Positions 19,642 to 29,070 of a stretch of 64,000 nt of DNA are shown here, in pieces (the stretch's first letter is position 1; every line of letters starts with the position of its first letter). The notes under the pieces were generated by a model, which was not told where the DNA came from, made no database searches, and saw nothing but the letters and a program-made list of their open reading frames with translations. Made by a program: the position numbers and the translations under genes. The DNA is taken from positions 320,001 to 384,000 of the forward strand of contig CAVYRF010000001.1 in NCBI GenBank assembly GCA_963770895.1. The letters run 5' to 3'. This DNA is from an uncultured Acidobacteriota bacterium (GTDB lineage: Bacteria; Acidobacteriota; Thermoanaerobaculia; Multivoradales; UBA5704).

Positions 19642-20301
19642 ATGCGAGCGTGCAGCGGTTGCTGGCGGCGCGGTGGCAGGGCGTACGGATCGGTTGCGGC
19701 GTCGATCCTGGCCGCTACCCTGGCCTTGGGCGTGGCCCTGGCGCTGGCGGGCTGCGGCCGGGCGGCGGTGGAGCGGGCGACCGCCGCGGCGAACGGCGGT
19801 GCGGCGACCGGTGGCGCGGCGTCGACCGGCGCGGTGAACGGCGGCGCGGCGTTGGGTGGGCCGGCGCAGGGCGACGCGGCGATGGAGGCGGACAGCGGGT
19901 GGAGCGCCACGACGCCGCGGGTCAATCGGACGCATATCTTTCAGGGCGGGGTCAACCGGCGCGGCAAGCCGGTGGGATTTCATTCGCGGCCGGGGGGGCG
20001 GGATCCGGCGCAGGCGCACGTGGTGCGGGTGCTGCGTCCGGCCAACGACCTGGGGGTCTACGAGGCGCTGGTGGAGATCACCGACCCGCGCGGCTATGGC
20101 GGCGCGGTGCGCAAGCGGTCGACCTTCTACCCCGATCGCCTGGACCACGCCGCGGTGGTCGCCGCGATCCTGAATGCCTGGAACCATCGCGAGCCGGGAG
20201 ACGGCGGCGAGCGCTTCCGCGGCCCGTCGGGCCTGGGCTTTACCATCGAGGGCTACGTGCTGGACGACGGCAGCATCAACACCGCCTACCCCCTCTATTA
20301 G
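19642..20301 (+). CDS. Putative lipoprotein with bacterial EndoU nuclease domain
   Basis: Hydrophobic stretch ending LALAG-C lipobox; THIFQG...GFHSRPGG...GVYEA...KRSTFYP...INTAYPLY; start uncertain. Confidence 0.8.
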   Translation: MRACSGCWRRGGRAYGSVAASILAATLALGVALALAGCGRAAVERATAAANGGAATGGAASTGAVNGGAALGGPAQGDAAMEADSGWSATTPRVNRTHIFQGGVNRRGKPVGFHSRPGGRDPAQAHVVRVLRPANDLGVYEALVEITDPRGYGGAVRKRSTFYPDRLDHAAVVAAILNAWNHREPGDGGERFRGPSGLGFTIEGYVLDDGSINTAYPLY

Positions 20302-20305
20302 TGCC

Positions 20306-20845
20306 ATGGCCCCCATGCCCCTCGAATTCTATTGGGACGAAGCCGGCGACCCGCGCGCCCGCCCCGCCGCCCATGGCGCTGATGCGGCCGATCGCGCAGA
20401 TGGAGCCCCTGCCGCAGGTAGCGCAGATGGTGCGGGCGACAGCCCCGCCGCCGATGCCGCCCACGCGGCGGGTCCCGCTGCCGACATGGGCGCCCCTGGC
20501 CGAGCTACCACGGGCGGCGCCGCGGCGGCAGCGGCGGCGCGCTACCTGGAGAGCGACGTGCAGGGGAGCGTCAGCCAGGCGCGCGAAATCGTGCACGTGA
20601 TCGACCGCATCCTTGCCGGCCGGCTGCACACCTGGTGCGACACCGGCAACGCCCACACGCTGACCCTGACCCGGCGCGGCGCGACCATCGAGCTGGAGGC
20701 GGACGGCGGCGGCGGCAAGCCCACCCGCCTTTCGCTGGCCGACACGCGGCAGGCGGTGGCCGACTGGCTGGCCTTTCTGCAACGCGGCAGGGGAGCGGCC
20801 GCCGCCCCCCCGCCGCCAACGCCCCCACCTTCCGCGGCCGGCTGA
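20306..20845 (+). CDS. YacL/UPF0231-like protein with Ala/Gly/Asp-rich insertion
   Basis: LEFYWDEAGDPRAR...YLESDVQG...TGNAHTLTL...LAD..QAVADWLAFL resembles the YacL pattern; 4 bp after the EndoU stop. Confidence 0.55.
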   Translation: MAPMPLEFYWDEAGDPRARPAAHGADAADRADGAPAAGSADGAGDSPAADAAHAAGPAADMGAPGRATTGGAAAAAAARYLESDVQGSVSQAREIVHVIDRILAGRLHTWCDTGNAHTLTLTRRGATIELEADGGGGKPTRLSLADTRQAVADWLAFLQRGRGAAAAPPPPTPPPSAAG

Positions 20846-20969
20846 GCGCCACGGCTGCCGCGGGCAGGCCCGCCTGTCGGTGCGCGGAGCCGCCTGCCGC
20901 TGATGGGGCTGTCCCCGCGATGGGCCGCCGCGCCTCCTGTCCGCGCCTCCTGTCCGCGCCGCGATGAGC

Positions 20970-21452
20970 TTACAGCGACCGCAGGACGGCCTGGGCGCCG
21001 GTGCCGGTGACCTGGTTGGGGACGTCGGTGACCAGGCTGCGCAGGACGCCGTCTTCGAACACCGCGGCGTAGCGCTGCGAGCGGATGCCCATGCCGAAGG
21101 CGCGGGCGTCCAGCTCCAGGCCCAGGGCGCGGGCCAGGTCGCCGTTGCCGTCGGCCAGCAGCTGGACCTTGCCCTCGGTGCCGTGTTCCTTGCCCCAGGC
21201 GGTCAGGACGCTGATGTCGTTGACCGCGGTGCAGGCTACCAGGTCCACGCCCTTGGCCTTGAGGTCGTCGGCCAGCTCGACGTAGCTGGGCAGGTGCTGG
21301 GTCGAACAGGTGCCGGTGAACGCTCCGGGCACGCCGAACAGGACCACCTTCTTGCCGCGCAGGAGCTCGGCGGTGGATACGTCACGGACCCCTTCAGGGG
21401 TGCCGGTCTTCACTTTCACGTCGGGAATCCGGTCGCCAACAGAAATCGCCAT
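20970..21452 (-). CDS. Peroxiredoxin (Prx5 type)
   Basis: VVLFGVPGAFTGTCSTQHLP, AVND, LADGNG, RSQRYA. Confidence 0.93.
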   Translation of the reverse strand: MAISVGDRIPDVKVKTGTPEGVRDVSTAELLRGKKVVLFGVPGAFTGTCSTQHLPSYVELADDLKAKGVDLVACTAVNDISVLTAWGKEHGTEGKVQLLADGNGDLARALGLELDARAFGMGIRSQRYAAVFEDGVLRSLVTDVPNQVTGTGAQAVLRSL

Positions 21453-21540
21453 CGCGTCAGTCCCTCCACCGGGCCGCGGCGGTGGCGGGCTGGACTGCCC
21501 GCGCGCCGCGCTCATGGTATGCCGCCTTTATACTCCAGCC

Positions 21541-22002
21541 ATGCGTCCGCGGGGCGACAAGGCGCCACCCCCTCCCGATCCCGACGGCGGCCTGTGGCAG
21601 GGGCGGTCGGTGGCGCGGCGGTTCGTGTCGCCGGACGGCCTGATCGTGCTGGTGGGCCGCACCGCCGCCGACAACGACGTGCTCAGCCTGAAGCTGGGCG
21701 CGCCGCGCGATTTCTGGCTGCACGTCGCCGGCGAGTCGGGCTCGCACGTGGTGGTGCGCAACCCGGAGGGGCTGGAGCGCCTGCCGCGCGACACCGAGCG
21801 TTTCGCCGCCGGGCTGGCGGCGCGCTACTCGAAAGCGCAGCACGGCGGCCGCGTTGCCGTCCACCTGACCCGCTGTGCAGAAGTGAGCAAACCGCGCGGC
21901 CTGCCGCCCGGCCAGGTCCAGTTGGGGCGCTACCGCACATTGCAAGCCGTACCCTGGCGCGAGCCGGCGGCCGGCGGAAGCACGGAGGACTCCCAGGATT
22001 GA
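21541..22002 (+). CDS. Stand-alone NFACT RNA-binding domain protein (DUF814)
   Basis: VLVGRTAADNDVLS...DFWLHV..SGSHVV...AAGLAARYSKA...VSKPRG.PPGQV. Confidence 0.85.
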   Translation: MRPRGDKAPPPPDPDGGLWQGRSVARRFVSPDGLIVLVGRTAADNDVLSLKLGAPRDFWLHVAGESGSHVVVRNPEGLERLPRDTERFAAGLAARYSKAQHGGRVAVHLTRCAEVSKPRGLPPGQVQLGRYRTLQAVPWREPAAGGSTEDSQD

Positions 22003-22218
22003 CCTCCCGGAATGCGCCGTGGAGCGGTAGAGACGGACAGGATGGACGCCAGCAGAGGGGAGGGATCGGGACTGCGACAACTGGCGGCCCCTGCGACGAG
22101 GGCGCCGGGTCGGTGGCAGAGGCGCCTGAACCGAGGGCCGATCGCGGGAACTGGGGAGGAGGGGATGCGGTGGCCGGCGCCGCCGGGCCGCGGACGGGCC
22201 GCGGCGCCTGGCCGGCCG

Positions 22219-22449
22219 CTATTCGGTATCTTCGACCGGCGTGATCTCTTCGGGGAGGGCCGGGAGCTTTACTTCGCGTACGGCGCCGCTCCAGTCGATG
22301 GTCGGGTCATCCATCGGGTTGTCGGCGTGCGACGACGGTACCTTTTTCTGCTCGCGCCGTTCTTGCCGCTTGGCGAGCTTTTCCTGCGCCTGCTGCATCC
22401 GCGCACGCTCGCGCTGCCGTCGTGCCATCGATGCTTGATTGGATGCCAT
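22219..22449 (-). CDS. Small hypothetical protein, basic coiled-coil N-terminus and acidic tail
   Basis: MARRQRERARMQQAQEKLAKRQERREQKK...DDPTIDWS; AGGAG RBS upstream. Confidence 0.65.
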   Translation of the reverse strand: MASNQASMARRQRERARMQQAQEKLAKRQERREQKKVPSSHADNPMDDPTIDWSGAVREVKLPALPEEITPVEDTE

Positions 22450-22820
22450 CCACCACTCTCCTGTTCTTCTTCCCGCGACCCGCAGACCCGAGTTCCGGCG
22501 ACCTCGCGGCGTTGTTGGGGCAGTTTGCGTATCTTACCAGACCGAAACCGAGATCGCAGGGAAAAAGAGCCCGCGCCGAGGTGGGGCGATTCGTCGCGGC
22601 CGGCAGGGGCCGCGGCGGCTCGCCTCCCCGGCGCGGGCCAGGGGGGACAGAGATGTCGAATGATGAACCCGCCGCGGGTGCCGCGCCTACGGCCTGAAGG
22701 GTGATCTTTGTAGGTTCTTGATAATCGGCGCCCGGCTTCTTAATGCAGCGCGGGCAGGCCTTTGCGGGCCCTGCAGGGCGCTGCCCGTTCACCGGCGGGC
22801 GTTTGCCGGCATCCGGGGGG

Positions 22821-22940
22821 GCCGCGCGGTCGCCGGCGGGGCATTGCGGACCTGCGGGGTCGCCGCGCGGTCGCCGGGGGCATTGCGGGCCTGCCGCGGG
22901 GTCACCGCCCGGTTTCCGGGGGCACGCGGACCTGCCGGGG
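22821..22940. repeat. Three imperfect ~40-bp tandem repeats
   Basis: Unit gccgcgcggtcgccgg(c)gggcattgcggacctgcggggt repeated with decay in an intergenic region. Confidence 0.6.
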
Positions 22941-23006
22941 CGCCGCGGCGGGGGCCGCAGAGCTGCCGGGGCGCCGCTGCCGGGGTGCCGGCCGGACGTC
23001 GCGCGA

Positions 23007-24452
23007 CTACTTCTTGGGCGGCGGCGGCTTGAGCGCGGCGGCGACGGGGCGGGAGCGGGCGCCGTTGCGGCCGACGGAGCGCACGGCAAAGAAGTGGTTG
23101 TCGGTCGACACGCCGGCCAGCACCCTCTCGCCAGCCTGCGGCACGGCCTGGTAGACCGACCAGCGGGGGGCGGTGGTTTCGCGCCAGAGGATCTCGAAGC
23201 CGGCGCGCTCGGGGTCGTCGGGGGCGGTCCAGGCCAGGTGGGCGTCCGGCGTCACGCCGCCCGCGATGGTGACGTCGGCGGGCGCCGCCGGCGCCAGCGC
23301 CAGCTGGCGCAGCGATTCGGCGTTGACGCGCGCCACGTCGCCGACGAAATGGAAGTTCATGAACTTGACCAGGTCGCCGTATTCGCGGCCGTCTTCGATG
23401 CGCGGCGTCTGGTGTTCGTGGGCGTAGTTTTCCACCGGCTCGGTGAAGCGCACCGCCGGCAGACCCGCTTCGACGAACGGCCGGTGATCGCCGCCGCGGC
23501 CCAGGCGGTCCAGGCGGAAGATCAGCCGCACCGCGTCGACGCCGGCGATCTCTTCGATCGCCCGCGCCAGGTCGCGCGAGGGCGAATCGACGCCGTCGGG
23601 GCCGCCGCCCGAAAACAGGCGGATGCGGTGCGGCCCGCCGGGGGCGAAGTCGGCGCCGACGATGTCGTTGTCCAGATAGCCGCCGATGGTATAGCCCTTC
23701 TCCTGCAAGTATTCGCGCAGGTGGGCGCCGCCCAGGAGCCCCTGCTCTTCGGCGGAGACGGCGGCAAACAGCAGCGTCGCCCGGTAGCGGCCGCCGGCCA
23801 GCAGGCGGGCGGCTTCGACGGCGACCGCCACGCCCGAGGCGTCATCGTCGGCGCCGGGGGCGTCGGCCGCCGGGTCCATGATCGACGTGGGCATGGAGTC
23901 GAAGTGGCCCGACACCAGGAAGACGGTCTTGCCCAGCGCCGGGTCGGAGCCGGGGAGCAGGGCCAGCACGTTTTCCAGCGGCACCGGCCGGTCGTTGGTG
24001 CGCGGCGCCGTGGCGGTGAAGTGGTCGACGCTCACCTGCAGGCGGTCGCCGTTGGCGTGGGCGATGGCCTGAAAGGCGGCCAGCACGCGGTCGCGGCCGC
24101 AGCCGATGCCGCGCTTGGGGTCGCTCCACGACGACAGCGAATGGCGCGTGCCGCAGGCCGCCAGGGTTTCGACCGTGGCGCGCAACGCCGCTTCGTCGAC
24201 GGCGCCGCGCGCCACCACACCGGTGGGCGGGGCGGGCGGCAGGTTGTCCGCGCCGCGGGCCGGGGAGCCGACCGCGGGCTCGGCCGGATCGCGGCTGAGC
24301 GGCGCCCGCGCCCCGGTCGTGCCGGCGCAGGCGCTGAGCAAGCCGGCGGCGGCCAACGCGGTGATTGGCAGGCGGGGTAGGCGGAGCAGGTGGGGCAGGC
24401 GCGGTAGGCGGCCTTCCCCCAGGCACCGCCGGGCTGCTGCGCGCGCGGTCAA
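23007..24452 (-). CDS. M28 family metallopeptidase lipoprotein
   Basis: LLSA-C lipobox; GTRH, SGHFDSM, PGADDDASG, SAEEQGL, DNDIVG, GRGGDH; TTG start inferred from overlap with the upstream TGA. Confidence 0.85.
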   Translation of the reverse strand: MTARAAARRCLGEGRLPRLPHLLRLPRLPITALAAAGLLSACAGTTGARAPLSRDPAEPAVGSPARGADNLPPAPPTGVVARGAVDEAALRATVETLAACGTRHSLSSWSDPKRGIGCGRDRVLAAFQAIAHANGDRLQVSVDHFTATAPRTNDRPVPLENVLALLPGSDPALGKTVFLVSGHFDSMPTSIMDPAADAPGADDDASGVAVAVEAARLLAGGRYRATLLFAAVSAEEQGLLGGAHLREYLQEKGYTIGGYLDNDIVGADFAPGGPHRIRLFSGGGPDGVDSPSRDLARAIEEIAGVDAVRLIFRLDRLGRGGDHRPFVEAGLPAVRFTEPVENYAHEHQTPRIEDGREYGDLVKFMNFHFVGDVARVNAESLRQLALAPAAPADVTIAGGVTPDAHLAWTAPDDPERAGFEILWRETTAPRWSVYQAVPQAGERVLAGVSTDNHFFAVRSVGRNGARSRPVAAALKPPPPKK

Positions 24453-26176
24453 CGCGGCACTCCCGAGCCGGCCTGCGGGGCTGTGGCGGCGGCGGCGCCA
24501 GGCATGGGCGCCGTGGGCGTCGCGGCACCCGCGGCGCCGTTCGCCGGCGGCTTTGATGCCTTGGGCACCGCTGCCACTTCCGCCAGGGCGGTGAGGGCGA
24601 GGAACTCCGGGTCCTGCTTGAGGGCGGTGAAGACGATGTCTTCGCGCGCTTCCTTCATCTCCTTGGAGCGCACCGCGTCGTAGCGCTCGTAGCTGTAGAA
24701 GTGGCGCCGCAGCAGCGCCAGCGCCTGGTCGCGGTGGCCGAGCAGGCAGTGGATGGCCGCCAGGTTGTAGGAGGCGGCCAGCAGGTCTTCGTTGGCGTGG
24801 GCGATGCGCAGCGCTTCGTCGCGGCGGCCGTCTTCGGCGACGAAGGCGGCGACGAAGATCTGCGTGTAGGTGTCGTCGGGGTCGAGCGCCAGCGCCTTTT
24901 CGGCGAAGCCGCGGGCCTTGTCGACCTGGCCTTCGGAGTTCCAGTAGACGGCCAGGTTGCGATAGGCGAGCGGCAGCGGCCAGGCGGCGATCGACTGCTC
25001 GATGAGCGCCAGGCCGTGCGCAAAGTCGCCGTCGTGGATCGTCATCTTGCCGAGCCCGTGCAGGGCTGCCGCCCGCGAGACGGGATCGGCGGGCATGGCG
25101 AGGATGCGGCCGAAGGTGCGGCGCGCCGCCGTCCAGTCTCCCAGGTGGTGCCGCTCCAGCTCGCCCAGGTAGCGCAGCGGCACCGGGTCGGCCGCGTCGA
25201 GGCTGGCGGCGCGCGCGTAGAGGGTGGCCGCCCGCCGGTATTGCGCCGCGTCTTCGGCCGCCAGACCGGCCTGCATGATGCGCTGGATGCGCTGCCCGTC
25301 GGGATTGCCGAGGCGCGGCGGGGCGGGCCGCTGGGCGGCATCGGCCGCCACCGGGTGGCCCAGCTTCTTGAGCGCCTGCGCCGCCTTGTCGGGCACGCTG
25401 CCGGGGACCAGGCAGCGCGCCGCCCAGACCTGGCCGTAGAGGTCGGTGGCGCCCGCGGCGTCGCCCTGGCGCTCGCGGTCGCGCGCCGTGTCCAGGGTGT
25501 GGCTGGCCGCCGCCTCGCGGTTTTTCAGTTCGGTCGAAACCAGCTTTTCGACCTGCGCCGCCTTGAGCTTGCCGGCGGCGTCCGCGGCGACGCGGCCGAG
25601 CACCTTGCCGCTGGAGTCGGCGAGGACCACCGACGCCGCCGATGCCGCCGTGGCGTCGCCGGCGAAGCGCGACCGCAGGTCGTGGTTGTCGTCGGGCACC
25701 AGCGCCAGGGCGACGCAGCGGGTGGTCGCCAGGGTGAGATCGCGCGACGCCTGGAGGTCGGACGCCTTGGCTTCCTTGGCGCTGGTGGGGAACCAGTACA
25801 GCACCAGGCTGTCGACCGGCGCCCCCGCCGGCGCGGCGACCGGCGCCGGCACCTCGTCGCCGGCGTGCACCACGCTCCAGGGCGAATGGTAGGTGTTGCC
25901 GCCGGCACCGCGGCTGCTGCCGGCGGCGCCGCGCATCCCCACCGGCCCGCCGCCCATGCCGATGCCGCCCTGGCCGCCACCGCCGCCGCCGCCGCAGGTC
26001 GCCGCAGCCGGCAGTGACGCCAGCAGGCCCAAAGCGGCGGCAAAGCCGGCGGCCCGCGCGGCGAGCGCCAGCGGCGTGCGCGACGTGGGCGTCGTCTGCG
26101 GCATCGGCACCGTGAGCGCCGCGGGCGCCGTCAGCGGCATGGCCGGCTTCTTGGGGAGGGTTGTCGAGCTGTTCAT
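24449..26176 (-). CDS. Secreted TPR-repeat protein with N-terminal thioredoxin-like segment
   Basis: Signal peptide, TCGGGGGGG motif, LVLYWFP..., several TPR helices (AYRNLAVYW, SYNLAAIH). Confidence 0.7.
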   Translation of the reverse strand: MNSSTTLPKKPAMPLTAPAALTVPMPQTTPTSRTPLALAARAAGFAAALGLLASLPAAATCGGGGGGGQGGIGMGGGPVGMRGAAGSSRGAGGNTYHSPWSVVHAGDEVPAPVAAPAGAPVDSLVLYWFPTSAKEAKASDLQASRDLTLATTRCVALALVPDDNHDLRSRFAGDATAASAASVVLADSSGKVLGRVAADAAGKLKAAQVEKLVSTELKNREAAASHTLDTARDRERQGDAAGATDLYGQVWAARCLVPGSVPDKAAQALKKLGHPVAADAAQRPAPPRLGNPDGQRIQRIMQAGLAAEDAAQYRRAATLYARAASLDAADPVPLRYLGELERHHLGDWTAARRTFGRILAMPADPVSRAAALHGLGKMTIHDGDFAHGLALIEQSIAAWPLPLAYRNLAVYWNSEGQVDKARGFAEKALALDPDDTYTQIFVAAFVAEDGRRDEALRIAHANEDLLAASYNLAAIHCLLGHRDQALALLRRHFYSYERYDAVRSKEMKEAREDIVFTALKQDPEFLALTALAEVAAVPKASKPPANGAAGAATPTAPMPGAAAATAPQAGSGVPR

Positions 26177-26257
26177 GGCGGCGCTCTCCTTGGCAGCATT
26201 TGCGCGCGGGCAGTATACCCAATGGGGCGCCCGGCCGTTCTCATGTAAGTGCCGCCG

Positions 26258-28188
26258 TCAGTCCTCGGGGTTCAGGATTTCCTGTGACGGATCGAGCCGG
26301 TCCCACAGGGCGCCGGCGACGCGCACCAGCAGGGCCGCCTCGGCCAGCAGCGGCAGGGCGCCCAGCACCGCCAGCGGCAGCAGCTGCCAGAGCGCCGGCG
26401 CCAGCCCCCACCAGCGCGCCAGCAACGCCGCCGCCACCACCAGCAGGGCGGCGGGGATCAGGCCCACCGCCAGCACCACCAGGTTGGCCAGCATCACCAG
26501 CAGCCGCGCCCCGGCCAGCGCCGAGCCGGCGCGCCGCTCGCTGCCCAGCCGCGCCCAGCCGGGCAGCACCAGCACCCCGAGGTTGTGGAACGCCAGCGAC
26601 AGCAGGGTGATCGGGATGCCGATCAGCAGCAGCCCCAGCGCCAGGCTGGCGATCGCCGGCACGAAGCCGCCGCCGCCACCTCCGCCGGCGGCGCCCGCCA
26701 GGCGCTCGCCCAGCCGCGCCAGGTCGTCGGGCGCCCCGGCCGGCATCCGGCCGCCGGTGGCGAGCAGGCTGCCGACGACCAGGGCGAAGCCGGTGAGCGT
26801 CAACCCCAGCACCGAGGTCGCCGGCGCCAGCAGCTCGCCCGCCACCAGGCGCCAGCCGCGCAGCGGCCAGGGGCGCAGCACCTCCAGGTGCAGCAGGTCC
26901 GTGCGCAGATCGTGGCGCTGGTTGGCGCCGGCGACGAGCGGCGGCACCACCAGCAGCACGAAGCCGCCGAACGCCGCCGGCAGCAGGTAGGGCAGCGGCG
27001 CCGGGAACGTCCTGGCCAGGACCCAGATCGCGACCCCCGGCAGCGCCGCGATCGCCGCCCGGCGGCGCAGCGGCGTGCGGCGCGCCGCCATCAGGTTCTT
27101 CCAATAGATGGCCAGCTCGGGCATGCCCGCCGGCGCCAGCGCGAAGGGTTCGCGGCGGCGATCGCGCGCCGCCGGCGCCGGCAGCGCCCGCTGGCGCGTG
27201 CGCCGCTCGGCCTGACGGCGGGCCCGCTCCACGGCGGCGTCTTCGAAGCGCGCGCGCGAGCGCACCACCCACTCGTAGTGGGCGACCACCATCAGGGCCA
27301 GGAAGCAGGCCGCCAGCGGCCATTGCGTGCCGCCGCCGGCCCCCGCCGCCGTCAGGCCTGAGAGCTGGCCGCCGCGCACGATGAAGGCCAGGGCCACCCA
27401 GCGCATCGGCGCCAGCAGGATGGTCAGCACCGCCGGCGGCGCCGCGACCAGCTGGCGCAGGGCGGCGCGCAGCGCGGCGGTGTCGAACGGTTGCCCCCGT
27501 GGCGCGAGCTGCACCAGGTGGACGCCGTGCAGCGCCACCGCCAGGCCGTGGCCGACGGCGGTCCAGTAGGCGACGCCGATGGCGACGGCCAGGGCGACCC
27601 GCCAGCGCGCCGCGGCGGGCGGCAGCTCGCGCAGGCGCGCCTTCCACAGGCGGACCCCGCGGGTGTGCAGGCCGATCAGCAGCAGCACGGCCCAGGTGGT
27701 GACCAGGCGCAGCAGCCGCACGCCCGGCGGGCCGTAGCCGCGAAAGATGGTGAGCACCAGCGAGGCGGTGAGCAGGCCGGCCTGCTGGCGCCAGATCGAC
27801 AGCTCGATGATCGTGCGCCGCGGCAGCGGCGCCGGCAGCAGCAGGTTGATGTCGGCTTCGCTCAGCTGCAGCGCCGGCTTGGCGGAGCCGAAGGCCCACA
27901 GCAGCGTCGTGGCGGCGGCAAGCCCCAGCGCCGCCAGCCAGACGATCAGCCCCATGACGTCGGCAGCGGCGTCGCCGGGGCCGAGGCCGGCGCCGGCGGG
28001 GAGCGCGCTACCGAACGGCGCGCCGCCGCGGCCGCGCCCCATGCCGCCCCAGCCCTGGCGGAAGGTGAAGGCGAACCAGGCCGCCGAGGCCAGGAAGGCG
28101 ACCAGGTAGCGCGGCTGGCGCAGCAGCCGGGCGCGCCGCGCCAGCGATCCGCGCAGGCTGCGCCAGAGGATGTCGACCAGGACGCCGT

Positions 28189-28192
<4 letters not shown>
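26258..28192 (-). CDS. Putative ABC exporter membrane protein
   Basis: Many TM segments, LSEADINLLLPAPL.R, AIYWKNL, DLRTDL; follows the ABC ATPase (GTG overlapping its stop). Confidence 0.75.
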
Positions 28193-28923
<731 letters not shown>

Positions 28924-29070
28924 GGGCGAGGCACCAGTCTATGGCCGGGGCGCCACCCAGGTCCACGCCCGCCCCCGCGACCAGCCGCACCGGGTTCCCA
29001 GCTTTTCATCACGTGTTGACGCCGGGCGGCGATTCGGCTCAGGATTGGCGCGCCACCAGGAGCGGACCAT

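Noticed and set aside
22821-22990. Possible CRISPR array
   Set aside because: Units are contiguous, degenerate GC-rich tandem repeats without unique spacers; no cas genes in the window
23007-26222. 1071-aa ORF as one protein
   Set aside because: The N-terminal ~590 codons are an alternative frame of the TPR gene; only the part from ~24452 has peptidase motifs
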